Source: Octopus bimaculoides (taxonomy: Eukaryota). Taken from it: DNA of 64,000 bases. The notes under the pieces are model-generated. The model saw nothing but the letters and a program-made list of their open reading frames with translations, searched no databases and was not told where the DNA came from. Position 1 is the first letter of the stretch; each line of letters opens with the position of its first letter. The translations under genes and the position numbers were made by a program. Shown here piece after piece: positions 50,843-64,000 of the stretch. The stretch lies in the NCBI RefSeq assembly GCF_001194135.2, contig NC_068987.1, positions 34,734,036 through 34,798,035 on the forward strand, written 5' to 3'.

Positions 50843-50887
50843 CGAACGTATCCGGATTTCAGGGTTATTTCCCTTCGTCGGCGTTCG
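50843..50887 (-). ncRNA. Type-I hammerhead-like RNA fold with all three stems intact and U4C in the core
   Basis: CGAACG / CCGACGA / AGGG-AAATAA-CCCT / GAAA / TCCGGA-T-A / CGTTCG: 6-bp stem I, 4-bp stem II, palindromic stem III (ATCCGGAT), UA cleavage-site position. Confidence 0.7.
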
Positions 50888-51037
50888 ACAGCTGATGACC
50901 TTGGTGAGAGAGACAAAAACCTGGCAAACCTTATATCTTCTTTTCCAGTGATATTGAAAAGGTGAAAACACGCAATGTTAATTCTCTAAATGAAGTATTA
51001 ACAGTAACTGCACGATAAAGTGTAGTATATTGCCACT

Positions 51038-51071
<34 letters not shown>

Positions 51072-51298
51072 CAAACCTTATATATATGCATGTGTGTATA
51101 CATGGATATACATAAACATTTAATTAGATTTCTTACAGTTTTCAGCTGTTCACGTTTTCTAGTTATTCGTTGACTACTTGTCATAGAATTCTGTGTAGGT
51201 ATTTGTCTGTGTGTGAGTGAGAGGGAATGAAAGATTAAAATACTGTGGGAAAGGAAATACAGAGGAGTGCCGTGGAAGAACGACTGAGAGACGTAATC

Positions 51299-51354
<56 letters not shown>

Positions 51355-51950
51355 AGTGAGAGAGTAAGAGAGCGATGTGGGAGTGTTACACTGGTTAAAA
51401 TATACGTGTGTGTCATGAGGGACTGATAAATAAATTCTTTAGTTATTTTTTTTCTTTGAATCTAAATCGATTTACTTCAATGTTTACTTTTAATTTCTCT
51501 CTTGTGAGATAGCTGAATGCAAAATAGAATAGATAAACACCTGCATTCTAAATACAGTGATTTAAGCAAAGACAGATTATTCTGTAATGAAATGCAGCAT
51601 GTTTAATATGTGACAGCGAATTATAACAGGAAAGGGAAATGCGTAACTGACGAGCTTCAAAAATATAGTGTATTCGATTTCAGTCTTGTCTTATTCGAAT
51701 GGTAATATGCAAAATAGACCGCTTCCTTACACACCGTCTTCTCACAAATATATTTTACGAGCGTTCACATATATATTAATATATATAATATCAATTATAT
51801 ATACATGCATGTATTCATTCACACACATACGCAAAACAAACACACACATATGTATGCATATTTATAGGTGTATCTGTAATAGTACAAATAAATATATATT
51901 TTGCAATTATATATGATTATCTAGTACTATATCTCCGTTTACGTACACAG

Positions 51951-51988
<38 letters not shown>

Positions 51989-53095
51989 AAAGTTTTAAAT
52001 TGAAATTTAAGAGAGAGATTTGACGCTAATATCCAATATATATATATATATATATATATAAACAAACATACACATACATATATGCATTTATGTGAGTATG
52101 TATGTGTGTCTGTTTTATATCATTTACGACAGACTAGCATTGCATAATTGCCACCTAACACCTAGTCCATCGTATCCTTTTCTAACTAAAATTCCGACGA
52201 ACATATTAATAAATTTGATGAATATCCGACTACAAATAAAAGCAATAAATCCTTTCAAAATTAAATTAAATCACTTTGAAAACAATTAAAACTAGAGGTT
52301 AAGAAAAAGTGTAAAACGCCTACGCATAGAGTATTATAATCTGGTTCATCAGGCAGAAGAATGCAAACGTAAAAGTACATTACTGACGTGTATATAAACG
52401 ATATCATAAACAATCAAATGAACGTAGGAAAAATAAACACAGCCATTTCAATAGAAATGGAATTTGTTATAATAACGAATTTTGCAATTATTAATCCCGT
52501 CGTTAACAGCGTTACCAATTATACTTAGTCTCCGCTTAGGTATTAATAGAGAGAATGACTTGAACTCAAACGATTACGTCAGTTAAAGGAATACGTGCAT
52601 GGAGTTCTATATTAGGTAAAACAAACACGTTGTTGCATAGTCTGTAACCAACCAAGAATAAAATAAATGCCAGGTACTAGAATATATAATCCACACATAA
52701 TGTAAAAGCGTTCATATTTTCGAAGGTGAATTTTTTATTGTGATACATGAACCTTATACAAATCAGGAAACTGTGGGCATTATCGCAATATGATATCAAT
52801 GTTTATGCATGATTCTTTCTAAAAGTTAATCACAACAAATAATAAATATAAATTCTATTAATCGAGAGTAAGGTGAGTTTTCTCTGTCGATCTCTTTCAT
52901 GTTCGACGGTAGCCGTTGCAGAGATACAAGGATATATATANNNNNNNNNNNNNNNNNNNNNNNNNNNNNNNNNNNNNNNNNNNNNNNNNNNNNNNNNNNN
53001 NNNNNNNNNNNNNNNNNNNNNNNNNNNNNNNNNNNNNNNNNNNNNNNNNNNNNNNNNNNNNNNNNNNNNNNNNNNNNNNNNNNNNNNNNNNNNNN

Positions 53096-53126
<31 letters not shown>

Positions 53127-53487
53127 GAGGGAGAGAGAGAGAGTGAACAGGAGAGACAAATAAAAAGAAAATAAGAAATAGGCAGGTAACCTTAGTAATT
53201 GACCGCCTCTCAATCAACTCGCGCAGAATCGCAGCAAATTCCTAAGAGCAAAGAAAAATTAATTCGTTTCTGACAGTAATTAACAAACGGTTCTGTAATA
53301 GTTAAAATTCCTGTTCAAATTATTTAGACATGTTGACAGAATTTGATACCACATTTTCAGCATGTGACATGTGCAAATTATTTTCAGCAGTAGCTGTATA
53401 AGATCAAACATGTTGCACAAAACTACGGAGGTGATAACTAGTTGAACAAACTATAAAAGTGATAATCCTGATATTATCTAATAGCAA

Positions 53488-53697
53488 GGCGACCAGCTGG
53501 CAGAATCGTTAGCACGCAGAGAAAAATGCTTAGTGATATTTCGTGCATCTTTGCGTTCTGAGTTCAAATTCAACTGAGGTCAGTTTTGCCTTTCATCCTT
53601 TCGCGGTCGGTAAAATAAGCACCAATTGAACACTATTGTCAAGGTAATCGTCTTTGCCCTCTAAGAAAATTGCTGGCCTTGTGCCGAAATTTGAAAG
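53488..53697 (+). mobile_element. SINE family B
   Basis: ggcgaccagctggcagaatcgttagcacgc...gagttcaaattc...cctttcatcctttcgcggtcggtaaaataagcacc. Confidence 0.85.
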
Positions 53698-54567
53698 CGA
53701 CGTTTTCCAACTATAATATGCAGAGCAACTGTTAACGCACCGACGCGCTACTGATGGTTTGAATTCGTATTGTAGAAGTTAACACTCTTTCAGGAACATA
53801 AGAACTTCGGAAAATGTTGCACTAAGAAACGAAAAAATAAGTACTGGCAGGTTAGTGAAAGCTACAGGTGTAAACCATTGCCATTAAATCAGGAGCATGT
53901 GAAACACAGGCAGTTTACAGTGAGAAGCAATAAGGACTTTATAGTTGAGAGATTTATTTTCTTTTTCGTCCATTGCATCTTTAAAATTTCTTCCATATCT
54001 CTTGTGTAAGCGAAACGGAACCTAGTGGTATTTGCAAAAGGTGAAGTATTGATAAACTTTATACCGCGCTTTGATTTGATATAATTCTAAAATGCTACGT
54101 CATATCAATTTTACTAATGATTACTCACCCATCTTCACTGGACACATGTATGTACGAGTAGAAAAGGCAAAAAGAAAAAATAATAATAATAATAATATGC
54201 TTGTGATTATGTGTGTCTGCTTGGCTCTATATACTCCTTAAAATTTAACAGACATTGTATTTCTAGATATTCAAAATTTGTTTCTCAGTGTATTCGAATA
54301 CTCACAAAGGAAAATTCATAATACATAGAGTATCTATGAATAAGCACATATCGTTGCATTACACTCGAAAACAGACGACAAATTACAACACGGTATTATT
54401 TAATAGTCATATAGTCCCTTGAAAATCACTATGACTACTTCAGGATAAACACTAGTTATAGGATTATTGTCGTATTTAAACTGAAATCATTAGTGTTGAC
54501 ATAATTTATTTTAAAATCAACTTCTAATAATAAAAAAAGTAGAATTTTATGAATTCATTAAATACAA

Positions 54568-55422
54568 TCTCTCTCTATATATATATATAAAAGCGGATTT
54601 GTGAGTGTGTGTGTATTTATGTTCCTTATACCTCGAGAACTGAGCTTTGACGTCTGGGGTATCAAAAGATTAAGTAATTTTCATTGACATATTCTTGCTG
54701 TTATCTCAGCAACCAGTGTTAGTTATTTGAAAGACACTGCTCTACAAAGACCAGGTTTCATTAGAAAAAAATAGTTTCACATTATCAATTTGGGCCAAGA
54801 TGACAGCGTAGCATTACGGGAGTGATGATGTGTGAATAATGAAAGTAATGTTTCTCCGAATTAGTTACATGTGTACTGTAATAAAGAAAGCTGCTTAACA
54901 TCTAGCGATATATATTGGGTCATCTCATGGGTTATTCTGTTATTCTGTTATTCTATTATTTATTGATCCAAATGTTAGTGCAGTTTGAATGTGTATTGAT
55001 ACCCCACCCACCATATTCGCCGGATATTTTCCATCTGATGATCATTCATTCCACAATCTTCAAAATCATTTGAACAGAAAAATGAATTCTGTAGACAAGG
55101 TTAGAACAGTACTGGGAGAGTATTTTCCGTCACGAAGAAGTGAATTTTGGTAGTGGGGCCTTGTAAGTCAACCAGTGTGATGGAAGTGCATTGTAAAAAA
55201 TGACAGAGAGTATATTTTAGATTCAAAAATAACTTTGTTTACCTTAATTTTGAAAAATAAAAGAAACATAAAAAAAATCCGCCTTGTTTATGGGATGACT
55301 CAAGATAAAGCCTACTAAATACACTATAATTTTGGTACATCAACTATTTTCTACTACGAAAATAACCTCGGAAACGCAAGATTTTGAGGTCATTTTCGGG
55401 CAATATTTCGATTTGCTTCTAA
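54568..55422 (+). mobile_element. Possible non-autonomous Helitron with helicase remnant
   Basis: A|TC start followed by TATATATAAAAGCGGATTTGTG; IRLVYGMTQDKAY (~55275-55315) resembles RLAFAMTINKAQ; candidate CTAA|T end at 55419-55423. Confidence 0.4.
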
Positions 55423-55650
55423 TGTGTCTCTTTCGTCCGATGTGTCATGCATGCGTAGAATTCTACTCAGACAAATATTTATGAAAATGTACACATAAAT
55501 AAATTTCTCAATTTGTAACGAGGAAATAGTCACTCACTCCCCCCTTCTCTCACATATATATGTACACGCACACATGCATACAACCAATATGTATGAATAT
55601 GTATTTATGCATGTGTATATGAACAATGACGCGTGTGAGTGTATGTGTGT

Positions 55651-55694
<44 letters not shown>

Positions 55695-56080
55695 GCCACT
55701 TAAACATACATGCAGGAAATACGTAAATGGCAACACACACCTTCAAATTCTCTCTCTCACGCACATGAATATACACGTCCATTTCATACACATGTGCATA
55801 CAGCTTTCAGTTTATGCTCTTACTTAAATACAAATGTCATCTTTTCACTTCCACCTCTCTTTCATTTTCTGCTCTCTTGAAAGCATAAACAAATAAAAGA
55901 AATTACGTAAATTAATGACCAATCATATGATCCCAAATGATCGACCAGGTGATCGAGGTGACAATTACTGCTTCAAACGAAAGAATGCCATGAAATTACT
56001 TCCTTTGGCACATACACACACGAGCACACACACGACCGCGCGCACACACACGACCGCGCGCACACACACACACACACACA

Positions 56081-56140
<60 letters not shown>

Positions 56141-58504
56141 NNNNNNNNNNNNNNNNNNNNNNNNNNNNNNNNNNNNNNNNNNNNNNNNNNNNNNNNNNNN
56201 NNNNNNNNNNNNNNNNNNNNNNNNNNNNNNNNNNNNNNNNNNNNNNNNNNNNNNNNNNNNNNNNNNNNNNNNNNNNNNNNNNNNNNNNNNNNNNNNNNNN
56301 NNNNNNNNNNNNNNNNNNNNNNNNNNNNNNNNNNNNNNNNNNNNNNNNNNNNNNNNNNNNNNNNNNNNNNNNNNNNNNNNNNNNNNNNNNNNNNNNNNNN
56401 NNNNNNNNNNNNNNNNNNNNNNNNNNNNNNNNNNNNNNNNNNNNNNNNNNNNNNNNNNNNNNNNNNNNNNNNNNNNNNNNNNNNNNNNNNNNNNNNNNNN
56501 NNNNNNNNNNNNNNNNNNNNNNNNNNNNNNNNNNNNNNNNNNNNNNNNNNNNNNNNNNNNNNNNNNNNNNNNNNNNNNNNNNNNNNNNNNNNNNNNNNNN
56601 NNNNNNNNNNNNNNNNNNNNNNNNNNNNNNNNNNNNNNNNNNNNNNNNNNNNNNNNNNNNNNNNNNNNNNNNNNNNNNNNNNNNNNNNNNNNNNNNNNNN
56701 NNNNNNNNNNNNNNNNNNNNNNNNNNNNNNNNNNNNNNNNNNNNNNNNNNNNNNNNNNNNNNNNNNNNNNNNNNNNNNNNNNNNNNNNNNNNNNNNNNNN
56801 NNNNNNNNNNNNNNNNNNNNNNNNNNNNNNNNNNNNNNNNNNNNNNNNNNNNNNNNNNNNNNNNNNNNNNNNNNNNNNNNNNNNNNNNNNNNNNNNNNNN
56901 NNNNNNNNNNNNNNNNNNNNNNNNNNNNNNNNNNNNNNNNNNNNNNNNNNNNNNNNNNNNNNNNNNNNNNNNNNNNNNNNNNNNNNNNNNNNNNNNNNNN
57001 NNNNNNNNNNNNNNNNNNNNNNNNNNNNNNNNNNNNNNNNNNNNNNNNNNNNNNNNNNNNNNNNNNNNNNNNNNNNNNNNNNNNNNNNNNNNNNNNNNNN
57101 NNNNNNNNNNNNNNNNNNNNNNNNNNNNTGAAAAAAATTACAAATTAAGAGACGGGAGGTGTGGAATTATAATTCTGAAAACGTTATTTCTGGGCAAAAT
57201 CTTATTACCGCCCGTTTTTACGTTGAAACAATACTTAGTTTGTCATCTTTCTTAAGAACAGAGAGCACTATCATGCAAACCCATGCAAATTGCCCCCCCC
57301 CCGTTTCACTTTTAAACAAACAATAACTTCTATTACGCCAGTAATCCAGTTCATTATACACCAGCTGTGCCGCTTCCTCCCATAAGAAAGGAACAAATAA
57401 TACAATATGGCTGTAGGTCATGACGCTCGGGCAACGCCGGAATGGTAATGTCAGACGAAACATACCCTGTTGAATAAAAAGACAATGCCAATGTTGCCGC
57501 TATAAACCTATGTATAAAACATAAAATAGGTAAAATTGTAAGTATATAATAACGGGCTGTAAACTTATGTAGGCCAGTTAAAACATGCTGATATATGATA
57601 AATGATAAATGAAAACTGTTAAGAAGATTCTTATTTTCCCGTAAATCTCCAGGAATTTTCTGAAGTACAAATTACATGCAGTGCAACCAAATTTATAAGT
57701 TTTATCCAAGTGCAAGAACAAACCAGGAGGAATTATAGGAAATATGAGCTGTTAGATGATGTATATAATTTGGCTCTGAAGTATATTATTTGTGCTTAAT
57801 ACTGAGAACAAATGCCTTATATAGACAATGTTTTTATAAATGATATTACATCACAAAACATGACTGTTCAGTGTCGGATTTTGGTGTATTCTACATGGTG
57901 CATTCCACAAGGTTATATACATGTATGTGCATGTGTGCGTATGTGTGTATACGTATATGGATTTANNNNNNNNNNNNNNNNNNNNNNNNNNNNNNNNNNN
58001 NNNNNNNNNNNNNNNNNNNNNNNNNNNNNNNNNNNNNNNNNNNNNNNNNNNNNNNNNNNNNNNNNNNNNNNNNNNNNNNNNNNNNNNNNNNNNNNNNNNN
58101 NNNNNNNTATATATATGTATATATATATTTATGTATATATATATGTATATATATTTATACATGTAAAAATATGTGTGAATAGATGTATGTATGATTTATG
58201 TATGTAGGTATGCATGCATGTATGCATGTATATATTCTTACATTTTCTCTAAACATCTCATACAAGCAAATCATACAAACATCTTACAGTGTTTGCTGGT
58301 TAGAACAACGTCTCTAAAGCGACTGGTAGACATTTGAAATCCTGCTTCTGTTTAGCACGTCGGTCCCTTTTATAGATGTGAATTCGAGTCTCACAGTTAG
58401 CCATCGACTTGTTTTCATATAAAAGATCTTAACCGAAAATTATACACGCTATTATTTATATCTTCAAGCACTTCCAGTTCAGTTGATCAAAATAATATAC
58501 TCTC

Positions 58505-58509
<5 letters not shown>

Positions 58510-58581
<72 letters not shown>
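58510..58581. repeat. (TAA)n microsatellite
   Basis: Seen directly. Confidence 0.95.
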
Positions 58582-58583
<2 letters not shown>

Positions 58584-58960
58584 AAACTTTTGAGAAATTG
58601 AGCAAATATAAGGATTTTGAGATACAAATCAGAAGAATGTGGCATCTCAAATCAACATTACCTATTGTCATTGAGGTACTTAGAGTAATATCAAAAGGAG
58701 CCAAAAAATATGCTGACCAAATTCCTGGCAGCCCTAAAATAAGTGAATTGCAACAGATCATACTTATTGATATCTCACATATTTTACGTAAATTCTTCGG
58801 CATGTACTTACAATTTTAGTCATTCGACTTTATTATAAATTTTATGAGAAGGAATAATTTTGTTTTTAATTTGACACAGACATCATATTTTCAGTTGCAT
58901 TTTTAGATGCAATATCTTTCTGCTCTTTGACGTCTCTGTTGAAACTTGGGTGTCACGCAG
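58580..58960 (+). pseudogene. Short 5'-truncated R4/Dong-like LINE (RLE C-terminus + 3' UTR), different subfamily
   Basis: EKLSKYKDFEIQIRRMWHLKSTLPIVIEVLRVISKG...ELQQIILIDISHILRK; starts directly after (TAA)n. Confidence 0.8.
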
Positions 58961-58989
58961 TTTTTAAGTTCTCATAAAGTATGTATTAT

Positions 58990-59215
58990 TATGATCGCTA
59001 GTAAGGTAACAAACTGGCAGTAGAGTTTGTACGCTGGAGAAAATTCTTAATGGCAGTTCTTCCGCCTTTAAATTCCGAGCTCAAATTTAACCGAAGACGA
59101 CTTTGACATTCATTCTTTCGTTGCTGATGAAATACGTACCAGTCGAGCATTGTGGTGGAAGTAATCGATTTACACCCTCCCTCACGATTCCTAGCTTTAT
59201 GTCAAGATTTGAAAC
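58990..59215 (+). mobile_element. Old SINE family B copy
   Basis: Degenerate alignment with 53488-53697. Confidence 0.6.
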
Positions 59216-61149
59216 CACTAATATTAGTAGTTGTGGGTTCATAGTAGAAGAAGAAATGATACACGTCTTACTTGTCCGTTGCACAATATCGGTCAAATAT
59301 TTTTCAAACTACATACCTATAACAATACTACTCTACAGCAAGACGTCGCCTGCAGAAATTATTTTAGGTGAGTATCCGATCGTGAGAATGGTGTTTCTCT
59401 CGGGTTCCTTGCACATGGCTCGGGAGTGCATAAAAAAAATTAGACGTCTAGGAGAGAAGCGATTACTATATTGCGGCTGATACAATTTTCCAACTGAGTA
59501 GACTGAACTGAATCGTTAATATTATGATTATGAGCTTAATATATTTTTCACACGCGTGAGTACCATTGTCAGTACACGATTTGTCACTCAGAGCATGTAT
59601 TCGTAGCATTCTCATGTTTTTAAGTTATTACTGTTACAATTAAAGCATCATCGTCATTATCATCATCATCATTGTCGTCATCGTTTTTCATCACCATCAT
59701 CTCCTTGTCGTTGTTTGTAATAGCAATATTATTATTACTATCAATATTGATATTAATGATACAATGATTAATAATACGTTTGTTATAATTGTAATCGTCC
59801 TCATCATCATCATTTTAAACCATCGTTTGCGTCTGTGTCTCACATTTATATCTCATTTCCAAGTATATGTTTGAAAAATACTTCTAAATGCAAATGAATG
59901 TAATTGACTTAAGCATAACACTATTAGGAATTGTTTTTACCTCTCAATTTTTTCGTTCCGCTTCTTCTTTCTCATATTTCCTTTAAGCTACTTTAAAAAG
60001 TTTCCTACTATTAAGAGAGTCACGTCTACACACATAAATTTATTCACGCGCACTGCCGAACACACACACTCATGCATAGGCACACACGTAAGCATCTACA
60101 AACATACACACATATACACATTTATGTTGCGTGCCATCGTTAGCTTTATTTTATATCCTTCAGAAACTAATCAATCATTGCGTGTAAAATTATGTGAGAA
60201 TATAAACATTTCAATTTTACCAACATTACTGAAATAACGGCGTTCGAACAGATATTATTCATCTAAAATTGCAGTACATTTCGGCGCATATTCAGGTCAT
60301 ATCTCAATATTACACTATTTTAAAGAACGCGTTTACATCAGAGACAAGTCCTATATTTTCAGGGCATTATTATTTATTTAACTTCATTACATTTGAATTT
60401 ATAATGTCTCACAACTTGAACTTCCGGCTGTAGAACAAAAAGCCATGAATTCACTGTAGGAATTCGAAATTGTTTGATTAATTCTATGTTTATAGAGACA
60501 TTAATAGAACTGTTTACTGCCATCTTTTGTTTGATTGTAACCAAAATATTTTCTCTTGTTTTCTTCAGTAATCGACATTCTTTTGTGGCGTTTGAAATTT
60601 TTTAGCTGAAATAAAAACAAAATTTTTAGCTGAAAACAAAAAAAAAAAATCGATTTTGATTTCCAAACTAACTTAATAATTACGGAAGCATATGTTATAT
60701 TTAGCAATGCATTTATTTCCATTTTGTATTTGTAAGCGTCTTTAGATTTTAAAATTGCACGTTTATGTCGGAGAAACAATAATTCAATGGTACGAAAAAT
60801 TTAGAACTTCATATATTTATGAATATAACTACGGTATGAATCAAGTCTAAGATTACTTCTTCCCTCGAATGTTCTACAATTACCTTTCTCCCTTGCTTTA
60901 TCTTACATAAATTCCTTTGCACTTTTATTCCACTATACCAATTTTTTTTGCTTTATTTGTCATATTCATTCTTGATTTATATATTTTATTATTTGTCTAA
61001 TACTTTTTCCGTTGTTTTTCATAAATTCTTCATTTCCCAAATGAGCCACGTTTGAAATTTTTCCTCAAATGAATAACTAGTTATTACTCGGGATCGAATG
61101 CGATCAGCTGTACATTCTTTTTCATCCTTCTTTAATTAAGACGATTTCA

Positions 61150-61252
61150 GTATCGGGATGAGGTAAGTCGATTACATCGACTCCAGTGCTCAACTGGTAT
61201 TTATTCTATCAACCCCGAAGAAGTGAAAGGCAATGTCGACCTCGGCGGAATA
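61150..61252 (-). mobile_element. SINE family B fragment
   Basis: aagtcgattacatcgactccagtgctcaactggta...aaaggcaatgtcgacctcggcggaat is the reverse complement of the family B core. Confidence 0.7.
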
Positions 61253-61283
61253 GCTCAAGATGATTTTAATATTAATATTGTTT

Positions 61284-61497
61284 GGGCGCTGAACGAGCAG
61301 AATCGTTAGCACGCCGAGCGATATACTTAGAGTAATTTCGTCCGTCTTTGCGTTCTCCGTTTAAATTCCCCCAAGGTCGACTTTTCCTTTTACCCTTTCG
61401 GAGGTCGATAAAATATGAACCAGTTTAACGCTGGGTCGATTTAATTGACTAATCCCCTACCCAGACATTCCTGGCCTTGTGCCAACATCTGAAATCA
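61284..61497 (+). mobile_element. SINE family B
   Basis: gcagaatcgttagcacgccgagcg...ctttcggaggtcgataaaat...ggccttgtgcc. Confidence 0.8.
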
Positions 61498-61834
61498 ACA
61501 ATAAAGCAATTTTTTCTTCGTATTATTATCGTAAAAACTGCTTTGACTTTGAAATATCGTGATCACCGCATGATCGGTTATAAGGGATCATAAAATGATT
61601 TAGGAAAGAGTTATCACAGCAACAATTTCTTAACATGTGTCCCTAGAAGAGTTCCAAAATTTTTGGGCTTATGATTAGCTATGCAAAACAAGAAATAACA
61701 GTTTTTGAGTTTTTTCAGCTTCAAATATTATAATTTAATGCATCTTTGTTTCTTCAATACTATTTTATCGAACTTTTTTTGCCTCATGTAATTTCACAAG
61801 TATGTATGCATATACGTATATGTAAATAAGTGTG

Positions 61835-61978
61835 ATCATGCGTGGCTGTGTGGGAAGGCGCTTGCTTCACTATCACATTTTTTCGGGTTCAGTCCTACTG
61901 CGTAGTATTATTACCCAGTTTCTTCTACTATAAACTCCAACCAAAACCTTGTAAGTAAATGTGGTAGACAGAAACTGT
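61835..61978 (+). mobile_element. SINE family A 5' half
   Basis: gcgtggctgtgtggg...gggttcagtcctactgcgt...ggtagacagaaactg. Confidence 0.7.
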
Positions 61979-62447
61979 TATATATATATATATATATNNN
62001 NNNNNNNNNNNNNNNNNNNNNNNNNNNNNNNNNNNNNNNNNNNNNNNNNNNNNNNNNNNNNNNNNNNNNNNNNNNNNNNNNNNNNNNNNNNNNNNNNNNN
62101 NNNNNNNNNNNNNNNNNNNNNNNNNNNNNNNNNNNNNNNNNNNNNNNNNNNNNNNNNNNNNNNNNNNNNNNNNNNNNNNNNNNNNNNNNNNNNNNNNNNN
62201 NNNNNNNNNNNNNNNNNNNNNNNNNNNNNNNNNNNNNNNNNNNNNNNNNNNNNNNNNNNNNNNNNNNCGATAATTAAAATGGGGCTTAAATGAAAAAAAT
62301 TCACACAGCGAATATACTACGTTATTGTTTCACTGTTATATACACAGATATACATTGACGCATGTCAGTCGAAAAGTGAAAGTGTAATAGTAATACTTAC
62401 TTTAACACTCAATGGTTTTACACGTTTGTATGTCATGTACATACTAT

Positions 62448-64000
62448 TCATGTAAGTTCTTCTTCATATACTATGGTTTCTGTCTTGCCATGTTTTCATC
62501 TCCAACTCTAGAACATCCAACATACAGCTGACCATGTGAGAAGCAAGGTTGAAAGAGGTTAAGTCCCACCACCTTTAGAGATTGACCTTGTGCTTTGTTG
62601 ATAGACATTGCAAAGGTAAGTTTGACCGGAAACTGCAGTCTCTTGAACTGAAAGGGGAGATCTTTTGAAATGAGAGATATCCTTGGAATGAAGACATTCT
62701 CACTCATCATGTTGCCTGTAATTATTGTTGCTTCCAACACATGGGGCATGGCTGTTTTAACAACCAACCTTGTTCCATTGCAGAGTCTGGGTGCATCAAG
62801 GTTTCTTAATAGCATTATGGGAGCACCTATTTTCACGATCACAATGTGTGGTGGAAATCCTGGTGGCTGAAGGGAATTGAGGAACTCCGCTGGGTAATGC
62901 GTTGCCTGTTCTTGATAAGGGACAGAGTTAATTGATCTGTATGAACATTCAGGTCCTGGAAGCTGAGTTAACAAATTTAAATTCAGCTTGTCAACAGAAT
63001 CATTCCTTGATGCCAGAATTGCTCTTTCATATAGCCACTTGTGACTTTTGTAGTTTGTGGCAATGTTTGGAAACAGCTTGCTCTTTAGTTCTTCAAGGGA
63101 GGCAGTCATATTGCCACATGGGAGATGATGCAGATTATCTTCTGGATCTTGTGGAAGTTTTCCATTTCCAATGTCAAGTAACTTGTTGGAGAACTGTGCG
63201 GCTAACGGGTCACCATGAATGTGAACCCTCATGTTGGTTGTCAACGTAAGCTGCTTGACATGTTGCCAGATATATGAGGACTTGATGCAAGCTCTCAGCT
63301 CATCCGCCCTGGTTCATCTGGGAACGACAGGCAGCGTTTGCCCGAAGTCACCAGCCATGAGGAGGGTGACTCCACCTATGATCTTTATATTGTTTCTGAA
63401 GTCTTGTAGTGTTCTATCAAGCGCTTCAAAGGCTACCTTATGGGACATTGTTGCCTCATCCCAGACAATGAATTTGGCATCTGTAAGGAGTTTTGCTAAC
63501 GCTGTATTCTTTGTTATGTTGAATAAAGGAGATTCATTTTGGATGAGGTTCAGAGGCAGCTTGAATGTTGAATGGGCTGTTCTTCCACCTGTTAGGAGGG
63601 TGTCTGCAATTCCAGAGGATGCAACAGCCAGAGCAATATTCTTCTTCTGTCTCACCTTGGCAAGGAGCAGGTTGATCAAAAATGTCTTTCCTGTGCTTCC
63701 AGGAGCATCTAATAAGAAAACTCCACCAGTGTTATTGTCCAGAGATGTAAGAACTTGCCAGTATACCTCCTTTTGATCCTGTAGCAGAATTGGTTCCTTT
63801 TCATTGACAACTGCTTGCAAACTTTCCATGTTGTATGATGTTTCCATGATTAGCTCTTGTGCTAATCTGTGTTGAACATCTGTGACAGGAGGAGCTGGAA
63901 GACCATAGATTTCAAGTTTGTTTCCACCCAGTGATTGAACCTTGTCGTCTATTAATTTTAATGTCTCATTGAAGATGTCATCATTGAATGTGACATCACC
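62448..64000 (-). pseudogene. Helitron RepHel, PIF1-like helicase half (continues beyond the window); one nonsense codon and a C-terminal deletion/frameshift
   Basis: Walker A FLLDAPGSTGKTFL, ALAVASSGIA, GRTAHSTF, IVWDEATM, GDFGQTLPV, IMLLRNL..LCNGTRL, FAMSINKAQGQS, HGQLYVGCSRV. One frame from 64000, with TGA at 63314-63316. Confidence 0.93.

Noticed and set aside
50891-50922. Plus-strand CTGATGA next to the minus-strand hammerhead
   Set aside because: No convincing stem II, and GAAA is absent (AAAAA instead).
57424-57455. Helitron 3' hairpin-like TCGGGCAACGCCGGA
   Set aside because: The hairpin has a mismatch, no CTRR follows, and any 5' part would lie in the gap.
60500-61080. Possible DNA-transposase remnant
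   Set aside because: A-rich minus strand looks coding-like, but no recognisable motif was found in any frame.
62448-64000. Host PIF1 helicase gene
   Set aside because: Intronless, disabled by a stop and a deletion, and has Helitron-type motifs plus several decayed paralogues in the same window.

Overview
AT-rich, gap-ridden eukaryotic DNA, almost certainly an octopod cephalopod (Octopus-like). This is inferred from the tRNA-headed SINE families and the dense (TA)n/(CA)n/(TAA)n microsatellites next to N gaps. I find no supportable host exon, RNA gene or CRISPR array; most ORF-track entries are artefacts of N runs or microsatellites. The window is mostly transposon remains: (i) a young, 5'-truncated, GC-rich Tx1/L1-clade LINE with a perfect 10-bp TSD (12873-15467, minus); (ii) at least seven R4/Dong-like RLE-type LINE fragments, the younger ones joined to (TAA)n; (iii) many Penelope-like (RT + GIY-YIG) remnants; (iv) Helitron copies of different ages, including a near-intact helicase ORF running off the right edge; (v) a decayed mariner transposase; (vi) MITE-like and fold-back inverted repeats; (vii) several SINE families. 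The most interesting signal is three type-I hammerhead-ribozyme-like motifs (50843-50887, 38222-38256, 48696-48731). They differ in their stems but all read CCG instead of the canonical CUG at the start of the core. Second is a triplicated CGATC-N6-GATCG hairpin in the 3' UTR of the Tx1-like LINE. No database search or folding program was run; all motif calls come from manual translation and alignment.
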